From assembly GCA_041750285.1 (NCBI GenBank), contig JBGSZS010000019.1:128001-192000 (forward strand): DNA of 64,000 bases, given 5' to 3'. Source of the DNA: Candidatus Fermentibacteraceae bacterium (GTDB lineage Bacteria > Fermentibacterota > Fermentibacteria > Fermentibacterales > JCC-6). Shown here one piece after another: positions 9,720-20,074 of this stretch; position 1 is the first letter of the stretch, and each line of letters opens with the position of its first letter. The notes under the pieces were generated by a model. The model was given only the letters and a program-made list of their open reading frames with translations. It made no database searches and was not told the origin of the DNA. A program made the translations under genes and the position numbers.

Positions 9720-10643
9720 TCACCTTTCCGTGAAATACGCCCTCATGTTCATCTCCAGGTTCGAGCTGATACCGGAGTACAGGGCGCTCAACTCACAGCC
9801 ATCGGTGTAGTCAAGGTTCCAGAGCGGTATCATGTCGGAGGGGCAGTGCCCCACGGCCATCATCGAGTCGGTCCTCATGAGGAGGGGATCGATGGGAAGG
9901 CCGGGGATAACCGAATCGAGAACCGTCCATGCGTGGAAGAGCAGGCTGTCGCCCCGGAACATCACCCCTCCGACAACGTGGATCGGAACAAGGCTTCCCC
10001 GGACCTGTGCAGCAAGTTCCCGGGACATTTCAAGGCAGGGTCCGGGATCGGCCCGGGTTCCCTCGACCCGTCGCGCGATATCCATGAGAGCCCGCAGGGT
10101 GTGGTCTGCAAGCACTGTGTCAATGGGTCTGTAAGTGTGGGGCTCCTGATGGACTCTCAGCCTGATCGCCTTGAAGATCCTGTCTCCCGGGGCAAGGGAA
10201 TCCACCACGCATGTCAGAACCGGACCTCCCCCTGAGAAGTCGCTCCCGAGAATGATCATGGTCTGATATGGCCCGTGTGAGGCGGGTCGTGGAACCATCA
10301 GCACCACATTTCTGACCATGGTCTCGCCCCTGTTGCGAAGGCACGCCTCCAGAACGAGGGTGGTATCGAGTGTGGACACGCCGCGCAGCCTGTCGCTGAG
10401 CCAGCCGGGGGTGGAGGGGCTGGTCTGGGCAACCGCCAGTGAATAAACCCTTGCCGCGTCCGTGAACCTTCCCGCCAGCTCGAGCAACCTGGCAAACTCA
10501 ACCACTCCCGCGCCGTCGGTCCGCGCCCCCTGCTCGGCAAACAGAAGCGCGCGCAGCGGCACCTCCCTTATGGTCAGAAGCGCCCGTGCGCTGTCGGATG
10601 GGCAGTAGGGCATCAGAAGCAATGCGGTGAGAATTGCCGTCAT
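9720..10643 (-). CDS. TPR + transglutaminase-like (Cys-His-Asp) protein
   Basis: ATG at 10643 overlaps the lolC-like stop (ATGA); signal-like N-terminus, one TPR-like helix pair, GPCLEMS...HAW...IDP triad pattern. Confidence 0.6.
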   Translation of the reverse strand: MTAILTALLLMPYCPSDSARALLTIREVPLRALLFAEQGARTDGAGVVEFARLLELAGRFTDAARVYSLAVAQTSPSTPGWLSDRLRGVSTLDTTLVLEACLRNRGETMVRNVVLMVPRPASHGPYQTMIILGSDFSGGGPVLTCVVDSLAPGDRIFKAIRLRVHQEPHTYRPIDTVLADHTLRALMDIARRVEGTRADPGPCLEMSRELAAQVRGSLVPIHVVGGVMFRGDSLLFHAWTVLDSVIPGLPIDPLLMRTDSMMAVGHCPSDMIPLWNLDYTDGCELSALYSGISSNLEMNMRAYFTER

Positions 10644-11869
10644 TTCCGGAGGACCGCCACAGGGTCCATGGAAGCGGCCTTGCCCGCCGGAACCATGGCG
10701 GAGAGGATGCTCATCCCCACTGCAGCCAGGGCTGCGATAAGGGTGCTGGTGGCCGACACCCTGACCGGGAGGTTGTCGTGGAAGGAGTAGACGTCCGGGA
10801 GGCTCACGAGCCCCGTGGAAGACAGTATGTGGCATCCCAGAAGACCAAGGCCGACCCCTAGCAGGGCCCCGGTGACGCCCACGAAAACCCCTTCCCAGAG
10901 GAATATCCGTGCCACCAGAGAGTCGCTTCCCCCCATGGCCCTGAGTACGGCGATGTCGCGCCGTCTTTCGACCACGCTCCTTGCAACCGTTCCCATGATG
11001 TTGAATGTCGCCACCAGTGTTATCAGAAGCAGTGCGGCCAGGGATCCGAGCCGTTCGAGCTGCATGCTCGCAGCCAGCGCTGGGTTCCGCTGCTTCCAGG
11101 TCATGACCTGAAGCGAATCTGGAAGGAAGGCTTCGAGTGCCTGCCTGGCGGCTTCTTCATCGAAACCCACGGCCGGAGTCACCTGGATTCCGCTCAAGCC
11201 CCCTCCCGGCATGAACATGCGGGCCGCCACGGAGAGGGGGACCCATGCCAGGTTCCTGTCGTTGGCGGGCAGACCCGTTTCAACCGCGCCCACGAAAACC
11301 GCACGGGCGCTGCTGGAACGGCCGGAGAAAAGGCTTCTCGGCGGGAAGAACACGATGGTGTCGCCCGAGCCGTGCATGAATTCGTCGGCAAGGTACAAAC
11401 CCATGATCACACCAGGGAGACCCCCCGTGTCGGAAAGAGCGCACGAACCCCACACCATCAGCGAATCAACGCCGGGGAAGAGGGGAGCATCAGCCGGAAC
11501 CCCGCGGACCAGACAGCCCGTTTCGATGTTTCTTGCCGGGAGCCGTGCGATTGCCTCGCCCTGCACGTAGGGAACCGCGGAGGCGACTTCGGGTAGTTCC
11601 AATAGGCTTTCCATGAAGCCCGGGTCGTCGGGTACGACCCCGGCTCCCGCGGGGAGAACGGCAAGGGAGGCGTCAACATTCAAAACGCTCTCCGTGATGA
11701 AATGCTCAAGGCCGTCCAGCACGCCCATGACCACGACAAGGGCGGAGACGCCCAGTGCTACACCGGCCACGCTTACCACGGTGCTGAACGCCACCCTTTT
11801 CCGGGACGGATGGCGTCTCAGACACCGCCAGGCTATCCGAAATGATACTGAATCGAAACCGGATCTCAT
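10640..11869 (-). CDS. lolC: Lipoprotein-releasing ABC transporter permease LolC/E family
   Basis: GVALGVSALVVVMGV, ERRRDIAVLRAMG, DPVAVLR; MacB-PCD/FtsX architecture. Confidence 0.85.
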   Translation of the reverse strand: MRSGFDSVSFRIAWRCLRRHPSRKRVAFSTVVSVAGVALGVSALVVVMGVLDGLEHFITESVLNVDASLAVLPAGAGVVPDDPGFMESLLELPEVASAVPYVQGEAIARLPARNIETGCLVRGVPADAPLFPGVDSLMVWGSCALSDTGGLPGVIMGLYLADEFMHGSGDTIVFFPPRSLFSGRSSSARAVFVGAVETGLPANDRNLAWVPLSVAARMFMPGGGLSGIQVTPAVGFDEEAARQALEAFLPDSLQVMTWKQRNPALAASMQLERLGSLAALLLITLVATFNIMGTVARSVVERRRDIAVLRAMGGSDSLVARIFLWEGVFVGVTGALLGVGLGLLGCHILSSTGLVSLPDVYSFHDNLPVRVSATSTLIAALAAVGMSILSAMVPAGKAASMDPVAVLRK

Positions 11870-11958
11870 GACCAGAACGGAACCTCCACGGGCAAAGTGA
11901 ACTGCTATTATATATGGATCGCCAGTGGGGCCACGATCTTAACCGGGAGGGTTTCTGC

Positions 11959-14900
11959 ATGACGGGTCTTCAGGTTCTTCTCGCGGTCCTTGCAGGAAGC
12001 TTTTCCACTACCGTCGAGACCGGGACGGCCACCCTGACGCCCCAGGGCGGAGCCTTTCGTCCCGAATTGCCGGGGATGCACTGCGTGCCCTCCACTGGTG
12101 GAGTCCTGAGTCCTTCCAGGGTATTCTTCGTTCCTGTCCCGCCAGGTGTCCGGCCGGTGCTTGACTTCAATGTAGATGCCGTGAGTGCCACCGGATGGGA
12201 CGCCATGCCCTGGGCTCTGGTCCCGGCGGTTGCAGGGTCGGGCATGGAGATGACGGAGATCCACGCATCGACACTCTCGGTGCCTCCAAGCGACGCTGTC
12301 ACCATGAGGGTCATTCCCCTTGCGGGAACCCGTGTGGCAATGGTCACGGTGGATCCATTCTGTTTCGGCGACCTTTCCAGGTACGCCTCCAGGGTCAGTT
12401 TCAGTGTTTCCTGGCCGGAAAGGGGCGGAGGCAGGCCTCTTTCGGGAAGCCTTCTCGAGGGCGTGGCGCCGGGGGGATCGCTCTGGTGGCGGGACCGGCA
12501 GCGCTCCGTCGAAAGCCCGTTCTGGGGAAAGCCCTGGGCAAGGATAAGTGTCACGGAAACCGGCTTTTATGCCGTCACCGGGCAACAGCTCCAGGATGCG
12601 GGATGCCAGGTGGCCGGAATGCCCTCCGAATCGTTCTCCATGATTTCCGGCCCGGGAATGCCCTTCGTTCTTGAGGATTATGCCGACGAACACGTGCCCG
12701 AGCCCGTAGCGCTCTCGGTCTCGGACGGGGGCGATGGCCTGTTCGATCCGGCCGACACGCTCTTCTTCTACGGTTCAGCCCTTGTCAGAACCGTGCCCGA
12801 GGGCGACAGCCTCGGCCACACGTGGCACAGGTACGATGACTCCAACACTTACTGGCTGACCTGGGGCGGCTCTCCCGGGGTCAGGATGGAGAACTCCGAC
12901 GCATCGCTTCAGGGGTACCCCCAGTGGGGAACCACTGCTCCCCACCTGCTCTGGCTCGAGCAGGAATACACCTGGTACGTTGAAGAGGACAGGACGGGCT
13001 GGTGCTGGTCACCGATCCCCCAGGGCAGCCCCTCGTACATCTATTTCTCGCCTCCCCCCGGCAGTTCCGGAAGGACCATGAGGGTGAGCATCATGCACCC
13101 CAGGATAGGCAGCGGATCCGACAGCCTGGTTCTGAACGGGGTGACTGTTGTCGACACCACGTTCCTTATCAACCGGTACACATGGCTCTGGTGCATCGAC
13201 GACCCGCCGCTGAACCAGGGCATGAATACGCTGAAGATCTGGTCATCCAACACCGAGGGGTCTTCGGCGTTCAACTACCTCGAACTCGAGCTCGAGACCC
13301 CTCTGGCTCCCGACAGGCAACTGTTCTTCCTTGACCGGCCGGCCGGGTCGTACACCTTCGAAGTCCCGGGAGTCGAGCCCGGGGCAAGGGCCTTCCTGAC
13401 AGGCTCACCCTTCCGTCCGGTCGAGCTCGTGAACTGGACGTTGTCCGGCGGCGTTGCGGGAATGTCCATAGACACCGATCCTGCAGGCTCGGTCTGGATC
13501 GTAAACCCCGGAAGCTACCTTCAGCCTGCATCTGTCGAGTATGCCCAACCCGGCCGTATCGTCGGCACAGGGCTCGAGGGTGATGTGATGGTTCTCTTCC
13601 CCGAGTCTCTCATCGAGTACGCATCTGCCATCGAAGCCGTGTACGCCGCAAGGGGGCTCTCCATTTTCCCTGCGACCTACAGGGAGGTTTACGACGAGTT
13701 CAACCAGGGCGTGGAATCACCCGGAGCGGTCCGCTCTTTCGTCAGGCATGCGCTCGACCATTGGGTTGTCCCTCCCCAGGCGCTCCTTCTCGTGGGCGAC
13801 AGCAACCACGACCCGCTTGGGCACTCGACCGGCGCCAGACCCCTGTCTCCCCTCTTTCGGACGATAGGCGCAAGTGACAACAAGTACGGTGCGGGCGACG
13901 GCGGTTTCGTGACCGTTCACGAGGGGGCGATCGCCCCGGAGATCCCGGTTTCAAGGCTCCCGGTCTCCTCGGGCGCCGAACTTCAGGAATACCTTGACAG
14001 GCTCACGGCCTACGAACAAAGCCGGTCCGACGGCACGTGGGCCAACCGTGTGGTAATAGCCGCTGACGACGAATGGAACGGTTCCATTTTCTCCGAAACC
14101 GTCCATACCCTTGCCGCCGAGACCTTTGTCAACTCCGTTCTGCCTTTTTCGGTGAATGTTGAGAAGGTGTATCTGGTCAACTACCCCTGGCCGCAGGGAA
14201 CCTCGCCTGACGGTGTTCATCCCGAAAAGCCCCAGGCCCGGGAGGATTTCGTAAATGCCATCAACCAGGGCTGTTCAATGGTGGTCTTCTACGGCCACGG
14301 CTCCTACAATCAGATAGCACAGGAGAACCTGTTCTCAACACTCGATGTCCCCGGTCTGGTGAACCATCCAAGGCTGCCCGTGGCCTTCTTTGCGAGCTGT
14401 AACACCGGCCAGTTCGACATGCTGGGTGCCGAGTGCTTCAGCGAGATGCTGGTGAACAACCTTCAGGGCGGCGCCATCGCGGCCATCGGGTCATCAGACA
14501 TCAGCACGGCCCCGCAGAACACGCAGCTTCTCAGCGTGTTTCTGGAATCGGTTTACGGACCACAGCGCATGAGCGTCTCGAAAGCATTGTGGAAAGCCAG
14601 GATCGAAGCTCCGGGCTTCTACTGGAACCACTACTACAATGTGCTCGGAGACGGCGGTGTGGTGCCCCCCATGGGGGACGGCGGGGGAACGGTCCTTCAG
14701 GTCCCGGCATCGGGATTGCTTCGGGGCAGGCTCAATTCCGTGGAGATCGGTTTCCCCTCTCAGCGGACCTTTCAGGTCTCGGTAAGCGAGAGCGGCGACA
14801 GCGTGGTCTACGTGAGCCCCCTGTCCGGCGTTTCCATCCCCTGGATAAGATTTGGGGAAAGCGCGTTCAGGGGCATTTCCGAAACCGGCCCTGACGGCAC

Positions 14901-15663
14901 GGTAAGCCTGCAGTTCTTCATGCCGGTACAGGCCGACACGGGGTCGCTGGCCCGCGCCCACGCTCCCGGAACCAACGGAGCGCTTCAGCACGTGGCCTGG
15001 GACCAGTGGTTCGCCGTTGCTGATTCGGGGGGGTATTCAAGCGATTCCATAGGTCCCGCGATATCCATGCGGCACGTGAAGGCTGGCATGGCCAATCTGC
15101 TCATGGCAGAACTGGAGGATGAGAGCGGCATAAGCATCTTCGGCTCGTCCGCGGGACGGGCCATCCTTCTGTCCATCGACTCCCAGGGGATCGATGTGAG
15201 CTCCTTTTTCCAGTACCTTCCGGGAAGCCATACCCGGGGCGTTCTTACCTACACGCTTCCAGACCTTGCCCCTGGCGGGCACACTCTTATCCTCGCCGCC
15301 TGGGACGGCATGGGGAACGGTTCGCTCGACACGCTCGAGATAACCGTAACCGCCGACGGTGATCAGCTCCTTGGCGGAGTGGCTGTCTTCCCGAACCCCT
15401 GCGCTGGGGAGCGGGCCTTCATCTTCGAAACCACCGAACCCGGCCAGATCGGCGCAACGGTTTACACCGTGGCCGGCAGACCGGTCTGGCAGGGAATGAC
15501 CTCACATGCCGGAGGCACCGGCCAGCTCGTCTGGAACGGCCTTGACGCGGACGGCGACCGGCCGGCGGCGGGGGCCTACATCTACAGGGTCACGCTTGAG
15601 ACCACCGACGGCAGAAGGGCCTCAAGCAGCGGTCTGCTAGCCGTCTCCCCGGAGCGGTTATGA
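11959..15663 (+). CDS. Peptidase C25 (gingipain / PorU sortase-like) protein 1 with FlgD-Ig/CTD-like C-terminus
   Basis: GGGAGG RBS, signal peptide; VYDEFNQG, LLLVGD, SRLPV, FYGHGS (His), ASCNTGQFD (Cys); C-terminal VFPNP...YTVAGR...WNGLDADG...GAYIY. Confidence 0.85.
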   Translation: MTGLQVLLAVLAGSFSTTVETGTATLTPQGGAFRPELPGMHCVPSTGGVLSPSRVFFVPVPPGVRPVLDFNVDAVSATGWDAMPWALVPAVAGSGMEMTEIHASTLSVPPSDAVTMRVIPLAGTRVAMVTVDPFCFGDLSRYASRVSFSVSWPERGGGRPLSGSLLEGVAPGGSLWWRDRQRSVESPFWGKPWARISVTETGFYAVTGQQLQDAGCQVAGMPSESFSMISGPGMPFVLEDYADEHVPEPVALSVSDGGDGLFDPADTLFFYGSALVRTVPEGDSLGHTWHRYDDSNTYWLTWGGSPGVRMENSDASLQGYPQWGTTAPHLLWLEQEYTWYVEEDRTGWCWSPIPQGSPSYIYFSPPPGSSGRTMRVSIMHPRIGSGSDSLVLNGVTVVDTTFLINRYTWLWCIDDPPLNQGMNTLKIWSSNTEGSSAFNYLELELETPLAPDRQLFFLDRPAGSYTFEVPGVEPGARAFLTGSPFRPVELVNWTLSGGVAGMSIDTDPAGSVWIVNPGSYLQPASVEYAQPGRIVGTGLEGDVMVLFPESLIEYASAIEAVYAARGLSIFPATYREVYDEFNQGVESPGAVRSFVRHALDHWVVPPQALLLVGDSNHDPLGHSTGARPLSPLFRTIGASDNKYGAGDGGFVTVHEGAIAPEIPVSRLPVSSGAELQEYLDRLTAYEQSRSDGTWANRVVIAADDEWNGSIFSETVHTLAAETFVNSVLPFSVNVEKVYLVNYPWPQGTSPDGVHPEKPQAREDFVNAINQGCSMVVFYGHGSYNQIAQENLFSTLDVPGLVNHPRLPVAFFASCNTGQFDMLGAECFSEMLVNNLQGGAIAAIGSSDISTAPQNTQLLSVFLESVYGPQRMSVSKALWKARIEAPGFYWNHYYNVLGDGGVVPPMGDGGGTVLQVPASGLLRGRLNSVEIGFPSQRTFQVSVSESGDSVVYVSPLSGVSIPWIRFGESAFRGISETGPDGTVSLQFFMPVQADTGSLARAHAPGTNGALQHVAWDQWFAVADSGGYSSDSIGPAISMRHVKAGMANLLMAELEDESGISIFGSSAGRAILLSIDSQGIDVSSFFQYLPGSHTRGVLTYTLPDLAPGGHTLILAAWDGMGNGSLDTLEITVTADGDQLLGGVAVFPNPCAGERAFIFETTEPGQIGATVYTVAGRPVWQGMTSHAGGTGQLVWNGLDADGDRPAAGAYIYRVTLETTDGRRASSSGLLAVSPERL

Positions 15664-16394
15664 ACGGATACGAAGAGGCTAAGATCCTTCTTGACAGCTC
15701 CAAACGCACGCTGGTGTTCACCGGAGCGGGAATGTCCAGTGAAAGCGGATTGTCGACATTCCGCGGCACCGGTGGTCTCTGGAACGACTTCTCCGCCCAG
15801 GAGCTCTCGTCCATAGAGGGGTTGCGCACCAATCCGGGCATGGTCTGGGAGTGGTACGGCAAACGCTTCGTGGCCAGGAGCGGAGTCGTTCCCCACCCCG
15901 GATACCTTGCCCTTGTGCACCTGCAGAACCGGAAAGGCAGGCTGCCGGTTGTCACGCAGAACGTGGACGGGCTTCACCAGGCCGCCGGGCTCACCGAAGT
16001 CTACGAGCTCCACGGCTCAATGCGAACCGTCTCCTGCCTCGACGATTGCGGGTTCTCCGCCGATTTCAGCGATGAGCATCTGAAGGTTCTCCCCCCGAGA
16101 TGTCCCGGCTGCGGCGCGGTTCTAAGGCCGGATGTAGTCCTCTTCGGCGAATCACTTCCCGAGATGGTCATAAGGGACGCCTTTCGACTCGCGGGCAACT
16201 GGGCCGACCTTCTTCTGGTGGTTGGCACCAGCATGCTGGTCTGGCCCGCTGCGGGCATACCCTGGGAGGCTCTTCAGTCGGGGGTCGAGATAGTCGAGCT
16301 GAACCCCGAGCCAACAAGCCTCTCGAAGGCTCCCGGTGTGATCTGGATCCCTGGAAGGGCCGCCGAGATCCTTCCGGGTCTATTGGAGGAGTGA
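15660..16394 (+). CDS. cobB: NAD-dependent protein deacylase (sirtuin, class III-like)
   Basis: TGAGMSSESGLSTFRG, YGKR, TQNVDGLH, ELHGS, RPDVVLFGE, VGTS motifs. Confidence 0.93.
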   Translation: MNGYEEAKILLDSSKRTLVFTGAGMSSESGLSTFRGTGGLWNDFSAQELSSIEGLRTNPGMVWEWYGKRFVARSGVVPHPGYLALVHLQNRKGRLPVVTQNVDGLHQAAGLTEVYELHGSMRTVSCLDDCGFSADFSDEHLKVLPPRCPGCGAVLRPDVVLFGESLPEMVIRDAFRLAGNWADLLLVVGTSMLVWPAAGIPWEALQSGVEIVELNPEPTSLSKAPGVIWIPGRAAEILPGLLEE

Positions 16395-19300
16395 TGCTCA
16401 CAGCGTTTTGTCTCTTTCTTCTATCCGGTTCGTGGCACGGGGCCGAGGAGTTCGGAGCACCGGTCCAGGGCCCCGGGGGTTCAGCCCGGATCGGGGATTG
16501 CGTGAACATCGTGGAAGAGGGTGTTCCATCTCTTCCTGTGAGGACCGTGTTCATTCCGGTCCCACCGGGTTGCTCTCCCGAGCTTTCAGCGGTGGCAACC
16601 CGAGAGGGGACCCTCGAGCGTGAACTGATCGAGACGGCCAGTCTCGCCGGTCCCCCTGCAGTTCTCCGGGGAACCGTCCCACTGGCCGGAGGCTTTTTCG
16701 CGGTCATCGATGTATTCCCCTACCAGGGGGGGAACAGGTACTTTGCGAGGATCGAACTCGACCTTGTCTGGGAGGATGTGCGAGGAGCCCCCTCCGCCCG
16801 GCCCGTTCCCGCGGGAAGCCTTGTTTCGGGTGTGTCTCCCGGGCTCGCGAGCTACTGGCCGCTGCCACGGAGCAGGGCGGAAAGCCCGTTCTACGGAAGG
16901 CCGTGGGCAAGGATCCCGGTGGAGGAAACCGGTCCCGTTGCGGTGAGCGGCGCCATGCTGGAAGCTGCCGGCTGCGGTTCTGGACATTCCGTTGAAAGCC
17001 TGGGTCTCTACTCCGGCCCTGGAACGGTCTTCGAAACATCCCCCGAAGACGAACACGTGCTAACGGAAACGGCCTTCCTTGTGGACGACAGGAACGGCGA
17101 CGGTATCCTCGATCCTGATGACAGGGTTCTTTTCTACGCTTTCTCATTGAACCGCTGGATCACGCAGGACGGTGAATTCCAGCGCCTTGTGCACAGGTAT
17201 GCTTCCCACAGGATCTACTGGCTCACATGGGGGGGCGCTCCGGGAGCGAGGATGGATGAGCGGGAAGCATCACCCTCGGCCCCTCCCTGGGAAAACGGAA
17301 ATCCCCACATGCTAACCATCGAGGAGGACGTCCTCTGGTACCCTGACCAGAGCGACGACACGGGATGGGTCCAGGAGAAGCTCGAAGGCGGAGGGTCGGT
17401 GACGATCCCCTACTCCCTCCCCGGCTTTGCACAGGGCCCCGGGGCTCTCTTTTCAGTACGCATGGCCCTTGATGAAACGACCCAATGCACGGTGAACCTT
17501 TACGTGAACGGAGTGCTCAAGGGTTCAAGACAGGTCAACGGGTCCGGTCCTGCAACCGTCGATTTTGCCGACCTTTCAATTGCCGCGTCCGGAAACGTCA
17601 GACTGGATTTCGATGTTGCGACGGGAACGGTGCTTTACGACGGTCTGGACATCAGGTACGACAGAATCCCCCAGGCGGACGGAGAGCCTGTATTCTTTCA
17701 GGGATCGGGTGGAAACACTCCCTTCACGGTCGCCTTCTCCGGGGCCGAAGAGGGAGTTCTCGCCCTTGACCTCACCACGCCCGACTCGCCGGTGCTTCTC
17801 ACGGGAGTCGAGCCCGAGTCGGGTATTCTCGCTGTTGAAGTGGATGTTTCGATCGGAACGGTTGTCTGCGCCGTCAACCCGGATGCCTTTTCGCCGCCCG
17901 ATTCCATCGAAGCGGCCTCTCCGGGCAGGCTGGTGGGCACGGTGACATCGGGAGACAAGCTCATCGTCGTTCCGGAGATACTTCTGGAAGGCGCGTGGGC
18001 AGTTGCCGCCGTTGAGGAACAACTGGGGCACCGCACCGTCGTGGCGACGACCAGGGAGATCTACGACGAGTTCGGACAGGGCGTTGCCGACCCGGGAGCG
18101 ATCCGTTCCGCCGTGAGATGGGCAATGGATTCGTGGGATCAGGGCTGCCGGGAGCTTCTGCTAGTGGGCGACGGCCACTACGACTTCTTCAACCGCACCT
18201 CCAGCCAGCCCGTGATGATCCCCCCCTGGATCCGCCTCAACGGCACGCAGGATCCGCCATGCGTGGATGACTGGTATGCAATGGTGCACGAGAACGCTGT
18301 GCTTCCCGAGATTCCCGTTGCGCGGCTCCCAGTCGATTCGCCCCTCAAACTCCAGACCATGGTGGAGAATGCCGTGACGCTTCAATCCGGCGTCGCGGCG
18401 GGAAGCTGGATGAACCGCTGCGTGCTTCTCGCCGATGACGAATGGGGCAACGGCAACTCGGCCCGGGAGAGCTTTCATACCGAGGACTTCGAGAGTCTCG
18501 TGGCCACCACCCTTCCTCGAAGCCTCAGAAGGGTGAAGTTCTACCTTGTCGACTACCCCTGGCCGCCAGGCACTTCACCCGACGGCGTCCATCCGGAGAA
18601 ACCCGAAGCGCGTGAAGATTTTCTGGAGCTGTGGAACAGGGGGATGGGGTGCCTCGTCTTCATGGGCCATGGTTCGGCGAACCAGGTCACCCACGAAAAG
18701 GTATTCCGCCTGCAGGATGTCCCCGCCCTTCAGAACGACGGAAGGTTGCCTCTGGTCATCCTTTCGAGCTGCGATCTCTCGGCGTTCGACACCCCCGGCG
18801 CCGAGTCTATCGGAGAGGCTCTTGTCTACTCCGCGGGTGGAGGAGCCCTTTCCACAGTTGCCGCGACCCGGAAAACATTCCCCGGACCAACGGCGAACTA
18901 CGGCTTCACCCGGGTCCTGCTGGACAGTCTCTACAACTCGGGCACCCCTTCCGGGATGGCGGTCTGGCACTCCAAACTGGCAAATTCCATAAGCTACGGC
19001 AACAACAGGTATTACGTCCTGTTCGGCATCCCCGGTCTTCAGGTACCCAGACCCGACGGGCTTCCCCTGATCCGGATCGAGCGTGACACGCTTTTCACGG
19101 GCGAGCTGAACATCGTCAGCGGAAACGCCGGCTTCTCTTCCGGCCTGGTCCTTCTTGAAGTTCTGGAGTCGGGACTGCCGAGGGTCTATGACATGCTCGG
19201 TGGCGGGGAGATCGAGTACCTGCAGGACGGCGGCACGGCATGGAGGGGCGCCGCAACGCTTACCGAAGGTGTTTTTTCAGCGGAATGCCGCATTCCCGCT

Positions 19301-20074
19301 CAGGCGAGACCCGGAAGCACAGCCCGGGCGGAAGGCAACGCCCTTGCCCTGGCCGCAGTGAGGGCCGATGCGGTGGACCCTGCCGTCATGGTGACCGGCG
19401 AACCACCCACGGGGGACGATCAGGGTCCGGCCATTGAGATGTGGATTCAGGGGCACAGGGGGGTGGAAAACCCCGTCGTTACAGGTTCGGCGGTTTTCCA
19501 GGCCGATCTGGCTGATTCCAGCGGGATTTGCTTCCTCGGGGGAGAGGGAACCAGACTGAGGCTTTTCATTGACGGATCCGAAAATGACATGGGCCCCTAC
19601 TTCAGCTACAACACCGGCAGCACCACGAGGGGAAGGGTGTCGTTCGACCTTCCCCTTCTCGTCCAGGGGCAGCACCTTCTGATCCTCCAGGCCACCGACG
19701 GGGTGGGAAACCCCTCGAGCGACAGCCTCACCGTCACCGTTGCCCAGCCCGGCGAGACGGTGTTCAGCCAGGTCATTGTCTACCCCAACCCCGGAGCCGG
19801 CCAAAGGTGCTTCAGCTTCGTTCTTTCAGGAGACGCGTGGGTGAGCGTCGGGATCTACACTGTGGCCGGCCGCGAGATCGCACGGGTCTCCGGTCAGTGC
19901 AGCGTCGGGTACAACCAGCTCATCTGGGACGGACTCGACAGCGACGGCGACCCTCCCGCAACAGGCGCATACATATTCCAGCTGGGCGCCGATGCCTCTG
20001 CGGGAGGCGGGTTCATCAGAAGGGCCGTTCACAGCGGTGTTTTTGCGGTGGTGAATCAGGGGGGAGTTCCATGA
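16394..20074 (+). CDS. Peptidase C25 (gingipain / PorU sortase-like) protein 2
   Basis: GGAGGAG RBS; IYDEFGQG, LLLVGD, ARLPV, FMGHGS, SSCDLSAFD; C-terminal VYPNP...YTVAGR...WDGLDSDG...GAYIF; paralog of 11959-15663. Confidence 0.85.
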   Translation: MLTAFCLFLLSGSWHGAEEFGAPVQGPGGSARIGDCVNIVEEGVPSLPVRTVFIPVPPGCSPELSAVATREGTLERELIETASLAGPPAVLRGTVPLAGGFFAVIDVFPYQGGNRYFARIELDLVWEDVRGAPSARPVPAGSLVSGVSPGLASYWPLPRSRAESPFYGRPWARIPVEETGPVAVSGAMLEAAGCGSGHSVESLGLYSGPGTVFETSPEDEHVLTETAFLVDDRNGDGILDPDDRVLFYAFSLNRWITQDGEFQRLVHRYASHRIYWLTWGGAPGARMDEREASPSAPPWENGNPHMLTIEEDVLWYPDQSDDTGWVQEKLEGGGSVTIPYSLPGFAQGPGALFSVRMALDETTQCTVNLYVNGVLKGSRQVNGSGPATVDFADLSIAASGNVRLDFDVATGTVLYDGLDIRYDRIPQADGEPVFFQGSGGNTPFTVAFSGAEEGVLALDLTTPDSPVLLTGVEPESGILAVEVDVSIGTVVCAVNPDAFSPPDSIEAASPGRLVGTVTSGDKLIVVPEILLEGAWAVAAVEEQLGHRTVVATTREIYDEFGQGVADPGAIRSAVRWAMDSWDQGCRELLLVGDGHYDFFNRTSSQPVMIPPWIRLNGTQDPPCVDDWYAMVHENAVLPEIPVARLPVDSPLKLQTMVENAVTLQSGVAAGSWMNRCVLLADDEWGNGNSARESFHTEDFESLVATTLPRSLRRVKFYLVDYPWPPGTSPDGVHPEKPEAREDFLELWNRGMGCLVFMGHGSANQVTHEKVFRLQDVPALQNDGRLPLVILSSCDLSAFDTPGAESIGEALVYSAGGGALSTVAATRKTFPGPTANYGFTRVLLDSLYNSGTPSGMAVWHSKLANSISYGNNRYYVLFGIPGLQVPRPDGLPLIRIERDTLFTGELNIVSGNAGFSSGLVLLEVLESGLPRVYDMLGGGEIEYLQDGGTAWRGAATLTEGVFSAECRIPAQARPGSTARAEGNALALAAVRADAVDPAVMVTGEPPTGDDQGPAIEMWIQGHRGVENPVVTGSAVFQADLADSSGICFLGGEGTRLRLFIDGSENDMGPYFSYNTGSTTRGRVSFDLPLLVQGQHLLILQATDGVGNPSSDSLTVTVAQPGETVFSQVIVYPNPGAGQRCFSFVLSGDAWVSVGIYTVAGREIARVSGQCSVGYNQLIWDGLDSDGDPPATGAYIFQLGADASAGGGFIRRAVHSGVFAVVNQGGVP

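Noticed and set aside
15660..16394. Sirtuin as an anti-phage SIR2 effector (Thoeris/DSR-like)
   Set aside because: It is a canonical ~244-aa CobB with Zn-binding Cys and YxxR, and has no defence partners nearby.
14182..18621. DNA similarity between ~14182-14250 and ~18553-18621 as a repeat or mobile element
   Set aside because: It reflects the conserved peptide YPWPxGTSPDGVHPEKP in the two C25 paralogs, with many synonymous differences.
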